Shown here in pieces: positions 1 to 10,733 of a DNA stretch of 64,000 nt. Source of the DNA: Candidatus Latescibacterota bacterium (GTDB taxonomy: Bacteria; Latescibacterota; UBA2968); contig OZ242195.1 in assembly GCA_965205975.1 (NCBI GenBank), positions 4,928,001 through 4,992,000 of the forward strand. Reading direction: 5' to 3'. The notes under the pieces are model-generated. The model saw only the letters and a program-made list of their open reading frames with translations. It was not told the DNA's origin and ran no database searches. The translations under genes and the position numbers were made by a program. The stretch's first letter is position 1; each line of letters starts with the position of its first letter.

Positions 1-11
1 TTTCTCAGGGC

Positions 12-803
12 GTGAAGGAGGAAGATAGGCAGACTGCACTGCTGCAGGTGTGGCAATCGCCTTATCACTATCCATTGCCCGACAAGAATGCGGGGATTAC
101 CATTGATCGCGTTCGGCAGATGCAGCGGCAGTTTACGCACAGTGCTTTTGCAGGGGGCTGGCGCACGACTCTTATTTTTCATGCGGATCAAATGCGCGCA
201 GAGGCGGCTAACGCCATGTTGAAAACTCTGGAAGAACCACCTGTTCGGTCGCTGATGATCTTGGTTGCAGCCCAGGGCAATGCGTTGTTGCCCACCATTG
301 TGTCGCGGTGTCAGTTTGTGAAATTTCCCGCGCTTTCGCCTCAGGATATCAGTGCCAGCTTGACGGCAAGGGGCGTTGATAAAACAATGGCAGATTTTAT
401 TGGACGTACGTGTGGCGGCGATATTCGCCGGGCATTGGATATGACCGATGGCCATATCGCAGATAGGCAAGATCGATCTTTTAAGTTTTTGGAAGCCTTG
501 ATGTGGGGGCAGGACGAGCGCACGTTTGAAGCACTTGCAAAACTCGACCGGCAAGAGGCATTGGATATTTTGGCAGGTGCAGAAATTTGGCTCAGGGATG
601 CGCTGTTGTTGCAATGTGGCCGGGGCGATTGTATAGCCAATGCCGATCAGGAGGACAATGTCGGGCGGTTGGCTGAGGTTTTTGATCTGGACCAACTCGC
701 CGCAATTGTAAAAAAGATTGAATCACTGCGTGAGATGAATCAACGCAATGTAAATATGAATTTGGGCTTGATCTCGCTCTGGCGGCAGATGAAGTTCTTT
801 TGA
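12..803 (+). CDS. holB: DNA polymerase III delta' subunit (probably 5'-truncated by the window edge)
   Basis: AANAMLKTLEEPP and LLPTIVSRCQ clamp-loader motifs; lies upstream of metG. Confidence 0.9.
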   Translation: MKEEDRQTALLQVWQSPYHYPLPDKNAGITIDRVRQMQRQFTHSAFAGGWRTTLIFHADQMRAEAANAMLKTLEEPPVRSLMILVAAQGNALLPTIVSRCQFVKFPALSPQDISASLTARGVDKTMADFIGRTCGGDIRRALDMTDGHIADRQDRSFKFLEALMWGQDERTFEALAKLDRQEALDILAGAEIWLRDALLLQCGRGDCIANADQEDNVGRLAEVFDLDQLAAIVKKIESLREMNQRNVNMNLGLISLWRQMKFF

Positions 804-817
804 ATAGGTTTAGAAAA

Positions 818-2704
818 ATGGGTACATTTTATATTACAACACCGATTTATTACGTTAATGATGAACCCCATATTGGTCATGCGTACACGACGATTATGGC
901 CGATGTGTTGTCGCGTTTTCATCGCCTGGCTGGCGATGATGTGTTGTTTTTGACGGGTACGGATGAGCACGGGCAGAAAGTGGATGAGGCTGCGAAAGAA
1001 CGCAATCTGTCGCCGCAGGCACAGGCGGATGAAATGGTGGTGCGATTTCAGGCGTTGTGGGAGGATTTAAATATTTCTAACGATGATTTTATTCGCACAA
1101 CCGAAGCGCGGCACAAGCGCGTTGTCTCCGAGATTTTGCAACGCATTTACGATGCGGGCGAGGTTTATGCCGACAATTACGAGGGCTGGTATTGTATCCC
1201 GGACGAGCGGTTCTGGACAGAAAAGGACCTGATTGATGGCAACTGTCCGGATTGCGGGCGGCCTACGGAGAAGATTTCAGAGAAGAATTATTTTTTTAAA
1301 ATGAGCAAATATCAGGACTGGCTCATTGAGTATATTGAGACACATCCCGATTTTATTCGTCCAGAAAAGCGGCGCAATGAGATCCTCGGTTTTTTGCGAC
1401 AACCGTTGGGCGATTTGTGTATTTCTCGCCCCAGGTCGCGTATGGCATGGGGGATTCCGCTTCCTTTTGATGAAGATTATGTCTGTTATGTGTGGTTCGA
1501 TGCGCTGATCAATTATATCACAGCACCGGGTTATATCGCCGATAATGCGCGTTTTGAGCACTGGTGGCAGGCGTCTTGTCATCTGATTGGTAAGGATATT
1601 TTGACCACGCATTGCGTGTATTGGCCCACGATGCTCAAGGCGATGGGTGTGCCATTGCCCAAAACGATTATGGGGCATGGCTTTTGGCTCGTGGATGAGA
1701 CAAAGATGGGGAAGTCGCTGGGTAATGCAATTCGGCCTCTGGATCTGGCGGATAAATACGGCGTGGATGCGCTTCGGTATTTTCTGGTGCGCGATATGAC
1801 GCTGGGGCAAGATAGCGATTTTAGCGAGGAGGCTTTTGTCCAGCGTTATAATACCGAGTTGGCGAATGAGTTGGGCAATTTGCTGAATCGCTCGGTGGTT
1901 ATGGCTGCGCGATATCTGGATGGGGTTGTGCCTGAGGTTGATGGCAGCCATTCGGCGCTCGGCGCTTTGAAATCGCAGACGGATGAGACGCTTAATGCGG
2001 TGGGCGAGGCTATTGATGCGATGAATCCCAATGCGGTGCTGGATGCGGTTTGGCGGTTGGTGCGGGAAGCCAATCGGTTTGTCGAGGTGCAGGCGCCGTG
2101 GCATTTGGTGAAGGATGCGAGCAAGAGGGCCGAGCTTGAGGTGACGATTTACGCGTTGCTGGAGACTATGCGGCAACTATCTGTGTTGCTGTTTCCTGTG
2201 ATTCCCTCAAAGGCATGTGAGATTTGGCGGCAACTCGGCGCAAAGGGTTCGCCGGAAGATGTTCATTTGGATGATTTAAAAACATGGGGAGGTCTGGATG
2301 CCAATTTGAAAGTTGCACCTGGCGATCCGGTGTTCCCGCGTATTGAGGAGGTCAATGTGGCAGAGGAAAGACCAGAAGAAGATTTGATTTCTTTTTCAGA
2401 ATTTCAGAAGCTCAAGTTGCGCGTGGCAAAAATTGACGCAGCCGAGCGCGTGAAGGGGGCAGACCGCCTGTTGCAGTTGCAGATCAGTTTGGGCGATGAG
2501 CAACGCCAGATCGTCGCCGGGATTGCCGAGTACTACGAGCCGGATGCACTCGTTGGGCAGCAGATTGTGGTGGTTGCCAATCTGGAGCCAGCGACTATTC
2601 GCGGTGTCGAGTCCCAGGGTATGCTGCTGGCGGCATCCGACGATAACGGCCTCACACTCGTGACGCCAGATGGTGAGATTAGTGATGGGGCAGAGGTTAA
2701 TTGA
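818..2704 (+). CDS. metG: Methionine--tRNA ligase with C-terminal tRNA-binding (Trbp111-like) domain
   Basis: YITTPIYYVN, HIGH and KMGKS motifs; C-terminal OB domain; ATG at 818 preferred over TTG at 800. Confidence 0.97.
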   Translation: MGTFYITTPIYYVNDEPHIGHAYTTIMADVLSRFHRLAGDDVLFLTGTDEHGQKVDEAAKERNLSPQAQADEMVVRFQALWEDLNISNDDFIRTTEARHKRVVSEILQRIYDAGEVYADNYEGWYCIPDERFWTEKDLIDGNCPDCGRPTEKISEKNYFFKMSKYQDWLIEYIETHPDFIRPEKRRNEILGFLRQPLGDLCISRPRSRMAWGIPLPFDEDYVCYVWFDALINYITAPGYIADNARFEHWWQASCHLIGKDILTTHCVYWPTMLKAMGVPLPKTIMGHGFWLVDETKMGKSLGNAIRPLDLADKYGVDALRYFLVRDMTLGQDSDFSEEAFVQRYNTELANELGNLLNRSVVMAARYLDGVVPEVDGSHSALGALKSQTDETLNAVGEAIDAMNPNAVLDAVWRLVREANRFVEVQAPWHLVKDASKRAELEVTIYALLETMRQLSVLLFPVIPSKACEIWRQLGAKGSPEDVHLDDLKTWGGLDANLKVAPGDPVFPRIEEVNVAEERPEEDLISFSEFQKLKLRVAKIDAAERVKGADRLLQLQISLGDEQRQIVAGIAEYYEPDALVGQQIVVVANLEPATIRGVESQGMLLAASDDNGLTLVTPDGEISDGAEVN

Positions 2705-3230
2705 GGAGCAAATAGAGGTTACAATTCGCCCATTGCGGTACAGCGATGCAGCAGCCGTACAGTGCTATGCCTCTGATGAACGCGTTGCGCGTACTACTAC
2801 TATACCCCAACCATATCCGAAGAATGGTGGAGAAACTTTCGTCAAGAAAGGCGTTAGAGCACACAAAAATCGAGGGGCTTTCTATTTTGCTATTGTTGCA
2901 GATGGTGATATGGTTGGGGTAGTAGAACTCGGGGCGGTTGACTGCGAAAAACGTAGCACCCGATGTGATTACGCAATCGCATCGTCGCATTGGGGCAAGG
3001 GAATCACGACCAGAGCTGTTGCTCTTGCGCTAAACTATGCGTTCTGTGAACTCGACATGGAGATCGTTCATTCGACTTGCCTGAGGTGCAATCCGGCGTC
3101 TGCTCGTGTTCTGGAGAAGAATGGATTTCAGGAGACGGAAGGGTTTATCTACAACAGTTCCAAGTTCGAGAACGAACCCGCACGGCGGTTTCAACTGACC
3201 CGACAGGCGTGGAGAAAAGAGAATGTCTGA
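2670..3230 (+). CDS. GNAT acetyltransferase, RimJ/RimL family (start uncertain)
   Basis: HWGKGIT acetyl-CoA loop and NPASARVLEKNGF motif. Confidence 0.85.
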   Translation: MVRLVMGQRLIEEQIEVTIRPLRYSDAAAVQCYASDERVARTTTIPQPYPKNGGETFVKKGVRAHKNRGAFYFAIVADGDMVGVVELGAVDCEKRSTRCDYAIASSHWGKGITTRAVALALNYAFCELDMEIVHSTCLRCNPASARVLEKNGFQETEGFIYNSSKFENEPARRFQLTRQAWRKENV

Positions 3231-3459
3231 TCATGGAGTGGCGCGTGAAACATTGGTTGAGATGAGCGTTACGTATAGCATTGAAGTCAATGGGCGATTT
3301 GTTATTATTGAAGATGTTCCTGCTCGGGTCAATGTTGAGACGGGGGAAAGGTTCTTTTCTCCAGAGACTGTCGAATGTTTGCAACAGGCGGTTTGGAAAA
3401 GATGTCAACCCGTTCGCACTATTGAAACACCTGTGTATGATTACGCCGCATTGACCTGA
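3223..3459 (+). CDS. YgiT/MqsA-type zinc-ribbon-like small protein lacking the CxxC pairs
   Basis: IIEDVPARV..ETGE.FFSPET pattern typical of the YgiT-type family. Confidence 0.7.
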   Translation: MSDHGVARETLVEMSVTYSIEVNGRFVIIEDVPARVNVETGERFFSPETVECLQQAVWKRCQPVRTIETPVYDYAALT

Positions 3460-3540
3460 CTATCCGTTGCCGTTGACAGGAGTTACGGCGGGGTTGGGTT
3501 GTTGGACGCTTTCTGACAGACTAACAATTTACCTCTCGTC

Positions 3541-3573
3541 TTTCATCTGTGTTTATCTGCGTTCATCTGCGGA
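3541..3573. repeat. Intergenic CGCAGATGAA-type repeat (minus orientation)
   Basis: catctgtgtttatctgcgttcatctgcggat; same core as the copies at 28337 and 56693. Confidence 0.6.
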
Positions 3574-3597
3574 TACTCGCCTTTACAGGATTTCAAC

Positions 3598-4368
3598 ATG
3601 CTTGTCGATTCGCACGCGCATTTGATGTTTCCTCAGTTCAGGAAGGATCTGGACGATCTGCTCGCCCGGGCGCGTGCCGCGGGGGTGGGGCAAATTTTGA
3701 ATGTGGGTACAAATCTGGATACGAGCCGTGCGGCTATTGCCCTTGCTGAGGTACGGGATGATGTGTTTGCTTCGGCGGGGTTTCATCCGTCGGATTCAGC
3801 AAAGGCGGATGAAGCGGCTTTGAAAAAGCTGCCCGCGATTTTGAAGCATCCCAGAATCGTTGCGGTCGGCGAGACGGGATTGGATTTTTATCGCGATTAC
3901 GCGCCGCGCGAGGTTCAGGAACGGGCGTTTCGGGCACATATTCGTCTGGCGAGAGAGATGGACCTGCCGCTGATTATTCACAGTCGAGGTGCTGAAACGC
4001 GGGTGTTAGATGTGTTGGAGGGAGAGGGTGGATCCGATGTGGGCGGTGTGATGCACTGTTTTGGGGGAGATGTCGAAGAAGCCCGTCGGGCGGTTGGTCT
4101 CAATTTTTATCTGGGTTTTGGTGGTATTGTCACTTTCAAAAATTCGGGTGCGTTGAAGGTCGCATTGGATGTGCCCGCTGAGCGTTTGCTTTTGGAGACG
4201 GATTGTCCGTTTCTGGCACCGGCACCAAAACGCGGCAAGCGCAATGAGCCGGCTTATGTGCGCTATGTCGCCGAATGTCTGGTTGATGCTGGATGGGGGG
4301 ATACTGGAGATGTGTGTCGGCAGACGACGCAAAATGCTCAGACTCTGTTTGGATTGGGATCAACGTGA
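3598..4368 (+). CDS. tatD: TatD family DNase
   Basis: DSHAHL, VGETGLD, IIHSR, MHCF and LETDCP motifs. Confidence 0.95.
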   Translation: MLVDSHAHLMFPQFRKDLDDLLARARAAGVGQILNVGTNLDTSRAAIALAEVRDDVFASAGFHPSDSAKADEAALKKLPAILKHPRIVAVGETGLDFYRDYAPREVQERAFRAHIRLAREMDLPLIIHSRGAETRVLDVLEGEGGSDVGGVMHCFGGDVEEARRAVGLNFYLGFGGIVTFKNSGALKVALDVPAERLLLETDCPFLAPAPKRGKRNEPAYVRYVAECLVDAGWGDTGDVCRQTTQNAQTLFGLGST

Positions 4369-5141
4369 AAACGAAGACGCGGCTGGGCCAGCACTTTCTC
4401 ACAAATGGCGCATCTATCGAGCGAATCGTAGAGGCCGTACAGGTTGATAAAGAGGATCTGGTCGTAGAAATTGGTCCTGGACGAGGTGCGTTGACGGGCC
4501 TTCTGGTTGAGCGAGCGGATCGGGTGGTCGCGATTGAGATTGACCGAGAATTGTGCGCCGTGCTTTCCGATCGATTTGGTTCGCGGTTAAAAATTGTATC
4601 AGATGATGTGCGGCAGGTCAATTTGCCCGCGCTTGTTGGAATTGAAAAACGAGAAAAGGCGATTTTGGTGGGCAATTTGCCCTACCATATTACGGGCGCG
4701 CTCATCAGGCAAATTACGGATGCTCGAAGGGTTTGGAAACGCGCTGTGATTACGGTGCAGCGCGAAGTGGGGCAACGCATGATCGCGCAGCCGGGCAGTA
4801 AAATATATGGCGTGCTGTCGGTTGTTACACAGGTGCGGTGTGTCGCAAAACGGTTGTTTGATCTGCCCCCCGCGCATTTTTATCCGCGGCCCAAAGTGCA
4901 TTCTTCTGTGTTGATGCTGGATTTTGAAGCGAATTCTGCTTATGATATTGTAGATGAAAGGCGTTTGTTTGGCGTGGTGCGCGCCGCATTTCAGCAGCGG
5001 AGGAAAATGGTGCGCAACGCACTATCTGGTGTGGTAGATAATGAGATTTTGATGGTAGCGAATATCGATGGCCGAGCGCGTCCTGAAACCATATCAATAG
5101 ATGGATTTGAACGGATTTGCCGTGCATTGGCTATGAGATAG
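4365..5141 (+). CDS. rsmA: 16S rRNA m6,2A dimethyltransferase
   Basis: LGQHFL, EIGPGRG, GNLPY and FQQRRK motifs; GTG start overlaps the tatD stop (GTGA). Confidence 0.95.
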   Translation: MKTKTRLGQHFLTNGASIERIVEAVQVDKEDLVVEIGPGRGALTGLLVERADRVVAIEIDRELCAVLSDRFGSRLKIVSDDVRQVNLPALVGIEKREKAILVGNLPYHITGALIRQITDARRVWKRAVITVQREVGQRMIAQPGSKIYGVLSVVTQVRCVAKRLFDLPPAHFYPRPKVHSSVLMLDFEANSAYDIVDERRLFGVVRAAFQQRRKMVRNALSGVVDNEILMVANIDGRARPETISIDGFERICRALAMR

Positions 5142-5162
5142 TTTTATAGAAAGGGTTTTCTT

Positions 5163-6083
5163 ATGCCCATTCCAAAGTCAGACAAGATCTGGTTTAATGG
5201 GAATTTTGTAGGTTGGGACGATGCCAAAATTCACGTGCTGTCCCATGTGGTGCATTACGGTTCGAGTGTTTTTGAGGGGATACGGTGCTATCATACCGAA
5301 AGAGGACCGGCCTGTTTCAGGCTTCGAGATCATGTGAAAAGGCTTTACGATTCGGCCAAAATTTATCGCATGGAAATTCCCTATATGCAGGATGAACTGG
5401 AAGCGGCTATTTTGGAGACGATTCGCATTAATAACTTGCAGGCGTGTTATATCAGGCCCGTGGTTTTTCGGGGGTTTGGCGAATTGGCCGTCAACCCAAT
5501 GCCATGTCCGGTTGAGGTGGTGATCGCGGTGTGGGAATGGGGCAAGTACCTGGGTCCAGAAGCTCTGGAAAAAGGTGTGTCGGTTCGGTTTGCGTCGTGG
5601 AATCGCCTGGCGCCCAATACCATGCCTTCGCTGGCCAAGGTGGCGGCAAATTATATGAACGCACAACTGATTAAGATGGAGGCGATGGCCGATGGATATG
5701 CCGAGGGCATTGCCCTGGATACGCAGGGTTATGTGAGCGAAGGTAGCGGCGAGAATATTTTTATGGCGAAGAATGGGCAGATTTACACGCCTTCTACCGG
5801 GTCGTCTATTTTGCCTGGTATTACGCGACATTCGGTTATTACACTTGCCCGAGATTTGGGACATACGGTGACGGCGCGACCGATTCCAAGAGAGTCTCTG
5901 TATATTGCCGATGAGGTTTTTTTTACGGGTAGTGCAGCAGAGATCACGCCTATTACGGCTATTGATCATATCGATGTCGGCTGTGGTTCTCGGGGTGAGA
6001 TCACAAAGAAGCTGCAGGATGCCTTTTTTGCCGTTGTGGAAGGGCGTGCGGAAGATAAGCGCGGCTGGTTGACGTATGTTTAA
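5163..6083 (+). CDS. ilvE: Branched-chain amino acid aminotransferase
   Basis: [19 protein letters not shown] and ILPGITR motifs. Confidence 0.95.
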   Translation: MPIPKSDKIWFNGNFVGWDDAKIHVLSHVVHYGSSVFEGIRCYHTERGPACFRLRDHVKRLYDSAKIYRMEIPYMQDELEAAILETIRINNLQACYIRPVVFRGFGELAVNPMPCPVEVVIAVWEWGKYLGPEALEKGVSVRFASWNRLAPNTMPSLAKVAANYMNAQLIKMEAMADGYAEGIALDTQGYVSEGSGENIFMAKNGQIYTPSTGSSILPGITRHSVITLARDLGHTVTARPIPRESLYIADEVFFTGSAAEITPITAIDHIDVGCGSRGEITKKLQDAFFAVVEGRAEDKRGWLTYV

Positions 6084-6110
6084 TGAGGTAAGACAAAAAA
6101 GCTGATTGCT

Positions 6111-6917
6111 ATGAAAAATAAAAAAATCGCTGTTATTGGTGCAGGTAATATGGGGGGCGCGCTAATGGCCGGTTGGATTCGGTCGGGAGAGATCGCGCCT
6201 GAAAATATCACGGCGGTGGATCTGGTTGCTGAGGTATTGGATCAGAGAAGGCGCGAGTTGGGTGTCCATGTTGCGGCAGATGCACGCGAAGTGGTGGGGT
6301 ATCAGGATATTGTGGTGTTGGGTGTGAAGCCTCAGTTTTGGAAGCAAACCGTTGTGGGATTTCGGGATTTGTTGCACAGCGATCAGGTGATTATTTCTTT
6401 TATGGCGGGTGTGCGAATTGCGGCATTGGAAGCGGAATTGGGGTCATTGCCCGTCGTTCGCGTGATGCCCAATGTGCTGGCGCAGGTCGGTGCGGCGGGT
6501 TCGGGGATTTGTGCTGGTGCACATGTGGGTGAGGATCATCTGAGTCTGGCGCTGTCTCTGTTCAATGCGGTCGGTGCAGCAGTCGTTGTTTCAGAATCAC
6601 AGATGGATGCGGTGACTGGACTCGCGGGCAGTGGGCCTGCCTATGTGTACGCGGTAATTGATGCGCTGGCAGATGGCGGGGTGCGGTCTGGTTTGTCAAA
6701 AGATATGGCGTTGACACTGGCGACTCAGACTGTGCTGGGGGCTGCGCGTATGGTTGCCGAAAGCGGCGAGCATCCGGCGATTTTGAAAGATATGGTGACG
6801 TCGGCGGGCGGAACTACTATTGCGGGTTTGCACGCGCTGGAGCAGGGTGGTTTGCGCGCGGCTTTGATGGATGCTGTTTTGGCTGCGACGGAGCGGTCGA
6901 GCGCATTGGGAGAGTGA
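6111..6917 (+). CDS. proC: Pyrroline-5-carboxylate reductase
   Basis: GAGNMG, RVMPN, GSGPAY and VTSAGGTT motifs. Confidence 0.95.
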   Translation: MKNKKIAVIGAGNMGGALMAGWIRSGEIAPENITAVDLVAEVLDQRRRELGVHVAADAREVVGYQDIVVLGVKPQFWKQTVVGFRDLLHSDQVIISFMAGVRIAALEAELGSLPVVRVMPNVLAQVGAAGSGICAGAHVGEDHLSLALSLFNAVGAAVVVSESQMDAVTGLAGSGPAYVYAVIDALADGGVRSGLSKDMALTLATQTVLGAARMVAESGEHPAILKDMVTSAGGTTIAGLHALEQGGLRAALMDAVLAATERSSALGE

Positions 6918-6918
6918 G

Positions 6919-7521
6919 ATGATTGCGATTGTAAATTACGGGATGGGGAATTTGCGAAGTGTTCAAAAGGCGTTTGAACACGTTGGTGCGAAGGCCGTTA
7001 TTGTCGATAAACCCGAAGATATCGATACCGCCGAGCGCGTTGTACTTCCCGGGGTGGGGGCGTTTGGCGATGCGATGAGTAATCTGAAAACAGCGAGATT
7101 AATCACGCCCATTGTAAAGGCTATTTCAGAAGGCCGACCTTTTTTGGGTATTTGTTTGGGATTGCAATTGATGTTTGCCGAGAGTGAAGAAATGGGACAG
7201 CACAGGGGATTGGACATTTTGCCGGGGAAGGTGAAGCGTTTTCCCGAAGGGCAGCGCGTTCCGCAAATTGGGTGGAATGCAGTGCGGATTCAGCGCGAGA
7301 CAGCACTTTTAGATGGCGTGCCCAATGGGTCTTATTTTTATTTTGTTCATTCTTTTTTTGTTGCATCTGAGCGCGATGAAGATGTGATGGGGGTGACGGA
7401 TTACGGGATTGATTATGCGTCAATTGCCGGAAATGATCGGGCTTTTGGCGTGCAGTTTCACCCCGAAAAAAGTCAAGATGCTGGCTTGAAGATTTTGAAG
7501 AATTTTGCGGAGAAAGTGTAG
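6919..7521 (+). CDS. hisH: Imidazole glycerol phosphate synthase, glutaminase subunit
   Basis: LPGVGAF, GICLG and QFHPEKS motifs; ATG at 6919. Confidence 0.96.
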   Translation: MIAIVNYGMGNLRSVQKAFEHVGAKAVIVDKPEDIDTAERVVLPGVGAFGDAMSNLKTARLITPIVKAISEGRPFLGICLGLQLMFAESEEMGQHRGLDILPGKVKRFPEGQRVPQIGWNAVRIQRETALLDGVPNGSYFYFVHSFFVASERDEDVMGVTDYGIDYASIAGNDRAFGVQFHPEKSQDAGLKILKNFAEKV

Positions 7522-7522
7522 G

Positions 7523-8320
7523 ATGCTGGCAAGGCGAATTATTCCGTGTTTAGATGTGAAAAACGGTCGCAATGTGCGCGGGGTCAGGTTTTCTGCCGAT
7601 AAAGACGCTGGCGATCCCATTGCACTGGCGAGACGCTATGATGCAGAAGGCGCAGATGAACTGGTGTTTTACGATATTACGGCATCGGCGGAGAAGCGCG
7701 ATATTGTCGGCAAACTCGTGCGGCGCGTGTCCGAAGAGGTGTTTATTCCCTTTACGGTTGGCGGGGGCGTTCGCACGTATCAGGATATTCGCACAATTAT
7801 CGAAGGGGGTGCAGAAAAAGCGTCGATCAATTCGGCTGCTGTACACACGCCTGAAATTATTACGCAAGGGGCTGAAAGTTTTGGATCGCAGGCAATTGTG
7901 GGGTCAATTGATGCAATTCGACGGCCGAATTCCAATCAATCAGAGGATGTTCGCTGGGAAGTAGTTATCAATGGCGGACGCACATATACTGGACGAGATG
8001 CCCTCGAATGGGCTGAAGAACTGGTGGATCGCGGTGCGGGCGAACTGGTTTTGAACAGTATTGATGCGGACGGGACAAAAGATGGATACGATATTGAGTT
8101 AAATCGCATGGTTGCCGAGCGCGTGGATGTGCCGATTGTGGCGTCTGGGGGTGCTGGGGGGCCAGAGGATATGTACGCGGTGTTGTCGGAAGGCAAGGCG
8201 AGCGCGGCACTGGCTGCGTCGATTTTTCACTACAATCAATACAGTATTGCGGAAGTCAAAACGTATCTCGCAGAACGCGGGGTCCCGGTGCGCCCCAAGA
8301 TCGAAATTGATTTGACATGA
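7523..8320 (+). CDS. hisF: Imidazole glycerol phosphate synthase, cyclase subunit
   Basis: [20 protein letters not shown] and ASGGAG motifs. Confidence 0.96.
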   Translation: MLARRIIPCLDVKNGRNVRGVRFSADKDAGDPIALARRYDAEGADELVFYDITASAEKRDIVGKLVRRVSEEVFIPFTVGGGVRTYQDIRTIIEGGAEKASINSAAVHTPEIITQGAESFGSQAIVGSIDAIRRPNSNQSEDVRWEVVINGGRTYTGRDALEWAEELVDRGAGELVLNSIDADGTKDGYDIELNRMVAERVDVPIVASGGAGGPEDMYAVLSEGKASAALAASIFHYNQYSIAEVKTYLAERGVPVRPKIEIDLT

Positions 8321-9489
8321 GTGGGACAAAAGAACACGAAATTGATCGCAGAGCTTTACTTGCCGATGTGCGGCGGGTGGTGGTAAAATTGGGTACGCGA
8401 GTGGTGACGGCAGATAGCAATACATTGAATCTTGCGGTGATTGATCGCCTGGCCGCTGATGTGGCGTCTTTGATCGCACGCGGTTTACAGGTGGCAATTG
8501 TGACATCTGGAGCAGTTGGTGCTGGCATGGGGCAATTGGGGTTGAGTAATCGACCGAGGCGTTTGGCCGATTTGCAAGCTACGGCTGCGGTGGGACAGGG
8601 ACTGGTGATGGATGCTTACAAACGGGCATTTGAAGCACACGGTATTTCGGTGGGGCAGGTGCTGTTGACATCGGATGATCTGGACAATCGCACGCGGTAT
8701 GTGAATGCACGCAATACATTAGATCAATTGTTTCGGTATGGTGTTGTGCCTGTTGTCAATGAGAACGACAGCGTGGCGGTGGAAGAATTGCAATTGTCCG
8801 TGGGTGAAAATGATCGCCTCTCCGCGATGGTGTCACATCTGGTAGATGCGGATATACTGGTGTTGTTGACCGATGTCGATGGGTTGTTTTCAAGCGATCC
8901 CGCAAAAGATCCAAACGCGCAATTGGTTCGGTTGGTACGCGGGATGCCCGAAGAACTCTACGCCACTGTGGGGTCTTCGGGGGGTGCACTGGGGCGCGGG
9001 GGAATGCGCACAAAACTCAGGGCAGCCGAGGCCGTGATGCAAGGTGGGCAGATGGCGGTGATTGCAAATGGATGTACAAACGGTTTGCGCGAAATTTTGG
9101 ATGGGGCAGATTGCGGCACGTTGTTTGTAGCGGATAATCGCAGTTTGAACAGCAGAGATTTGTGGTTGGCGCATTCCCGAAAGCGAGGGGGTGTGGTTGT
9201 AGATGACGGCGCAGTAGTTGCTTTGAGCGATGGAGGCAAAAGTTTGTTGCCTTCGGGTATTATCCGCGTTATTGGCGATTTTGAAGTTGGTGAACTCATT
9301 GGTGTTGAATCGGAACAACGCGTTGAGATCGCGCGTGGTTTAACGCGATTTGGCGCCGATGATGTGCGACGTATTCGCGGAAAAAAAACGCCAGAAGTTG
9401 CAGAAATTCTCGGGATTGACAATGGCGCGGTAGTTATCCACCGAGATGATATGGTGGTGTTAAATCGGATGGACAGCAGTAGCCAGTAG
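8317..9489 (+). CDS. proB: Glutamate 5-kinase with PUA domain
   Basis: VVVKLGT, NENDSV and GGMRTKL motifs; C-terminal PUA domain (SLLPSG, IHRDD). Confidence 0.95.
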   Translation: MSGTKEHEIDRRALLADVRRVVVKLGTRVVTADSNTLNLAVIDRLAADVASLIARGLQVAIVTSGAVGAGMGQLGLSNRPRRLADLQATAAVGQGLVMDAYKRAFEAHGISVGQVLLTSDDLDNRTRYVNARNTLDQLFRYGVVPVVNENDSVAVEELQLSVGENDRLSAMVSHLVDADILVLLTDVDGLFSSDPAKDPNAQLVRLVRGMPEELYATVGSSGGALGRGGMRTKLRAAEAVMQGGQMAVIANGCTNGLREILDGADCGTLFVADNRSLNSRDLWLAHSRKRGGVVVDDGAVVALSDGGKSLLPSGIIRVIGDFEVGELIGVESEQRVEIARGLTRFGADDVRRIRGKKTPEVAEILGIDNGAVVIHRDDMVVLNRMDSSSQ

Positions 9490-9558
9490 TCAGTTACCCC
9501 GCCACGCCGAGGTTGGGTGGCGGGGACTGACAACTGACAACCGATAACTGACAACTGA
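9489..9558. repeat. GC-rich hairpin followed by a heptamer tandem repeat (ACTGACA)x~4.7
   Basis: ccccgccac...gtggcgggg stem, then actgaca actgaca accgata actgaca actga. Confidence 0.75.
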
Positions 9559-9574
9559 TTTTGGAGATTGTGTT

Positions 9575-9943
9575 ATGCGCTCATTTTATCGGGGACGAAG
9601 TACGGTATTGCCGGAAAATAGTCCGATGTTACCGGGAAGTGCGAGACGACGCCTGAACAGATTTTTGATATTTGCACCGGTGGTACTTTCCCTTTATTTG
9701 TTTTTTGTAGGAGATAGTGGAATTTTTCAACTCATAATGCGCAAGCAGCAAATTGTCGCATTGGAACGGGAAATTGCAACTATTCGCCAGCAGAATGCGA
9801 TGCTGGAACGCGAGGCAAAACTGCTGGAAAACAATTTGGATGAGATCGAACGCATTGCTCGAGAGCGCTATGGCATGGTGTATCCCAATGAATCGATTTA
9901 TATGGTCTATCCCAACCCACCAACAGCATTGGAGTCGCCGTGA
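9575..9943 (+). CDS. ftsB: Septum formation initiator, FtsB/DivIC family
   Basis: Single TM, coiled coil and IERIARERYGMVYPNE motif. Confidence 0.85.
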   Translation: MRSFYRGRSTVLPENSPMLPGSARRRLNRFLIFAPVVLSLYLFFVGDSGIFQLIMRKQQIVALEREIATIRQQNAMLEREAKLLENNLDEIERIARERYGMVYPNESIYMVYPNPPTALESP

Positions 9944-10725
9944 TTTGCCATACCGATGGGTTGGTGTTGCGCGGTTTTCGCATGAGTGAAAGCAGCAAGG
10001 TTGTGGTGCTGTTTTCTCGCGATTACGGCAAGTTGCGTCTGGTTGCCAAAGGGGCGCGACGGCCCAAAAGTAAATTTGGTGCGAGTCTTGAACCCATGAC
10101 ATGGGGGCGTTATGTTTTTTATCGACAGGATAATCGAGAGTTGCAAATATTGAGCGAGGGCGATATTGCAGACGCTTTTGAACCGGTAAAACAACACTAC
10201 GGTCGAATGGCAGCCGGAAGCGCGATATGCGAATTTTTGGATCATATTACCGAAGATGAAGACCGCAATCCACTTTTGTTTAGTATTGCACTTGAAGCCA
10301 TGCGATGGGTGGGGAGCATTGCCGAAATAGCGCTGGATGTACCGGTGTGGTATTTCCAGATTCGCGCTGCGGGTGCGGTGGGGTATCGCCCCCATATGAG
10401 TGGGTGTGTTCAATGTGGTACGCGGCTCCAGGGGCACCGTCTGGGGTTCAGCCCCAGCCTGGGCGGTACTCTGTGTGACAAGCACGCAGGAGTGGGCATG
10501 CGCGTGCAGTCCGAGACGTTAAATTTTATGGCGCATCTACAGGTGGGCCGTCCCGACCGCATTGATCTTTCCCTCTTGCGGGGTGTAAAACGCGCAGAGA
10601 TGACGCGAATATTGCGCGCATTTTTTGACCAACACATTGAATCGCGCTATCGTCCAAAGGCACTGGATTTTTTTGAACGCTTAAGGGCAGCAGAACCTGC
10701 GTTGCCTTATCGCGCAGGGGTATAG
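9940..10725 (+). CDS. recO: DNA repair protein RecO
   Basis: N-terminal OB fold (GKLRLVAKGARRPKS) and CVQC zinc finger. Confidence 0.93.
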   Translation: MICHTDGLVLRGFRMSESSKVVVLFSRDYGKLRLVAKGARRPKSKFGASLEPMTWGRYVFYRQDNRELQILSEGDIADAFEPVKQHYGRMAAGSAICEFLDHITEDEDRNPLLFSIALEAMRWVGSIAEIALDVPVWYFQIRAAGAVGYRPHMSGCVQCGTRLQGHRLGFSPSLGGTLCDKHAGVGMRVQSETLNFMAHLQVGRPDRIDLSLLRGVKRAEMTRILRAFFDQHIESRYRPKALDFFERLRAAEPALPYRAGV

Positions 10726-10733
10726 GATTTGCG

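Noticed and set aside
1277..2176. Long antisense ORFs (also 5178-5969, 12996-13865, 48062-48997, 53508-54515, 58674-59522 and others)
   Set aside because: They are shadows of well-supported genes on the opposite strand and show no recognisable motifs.
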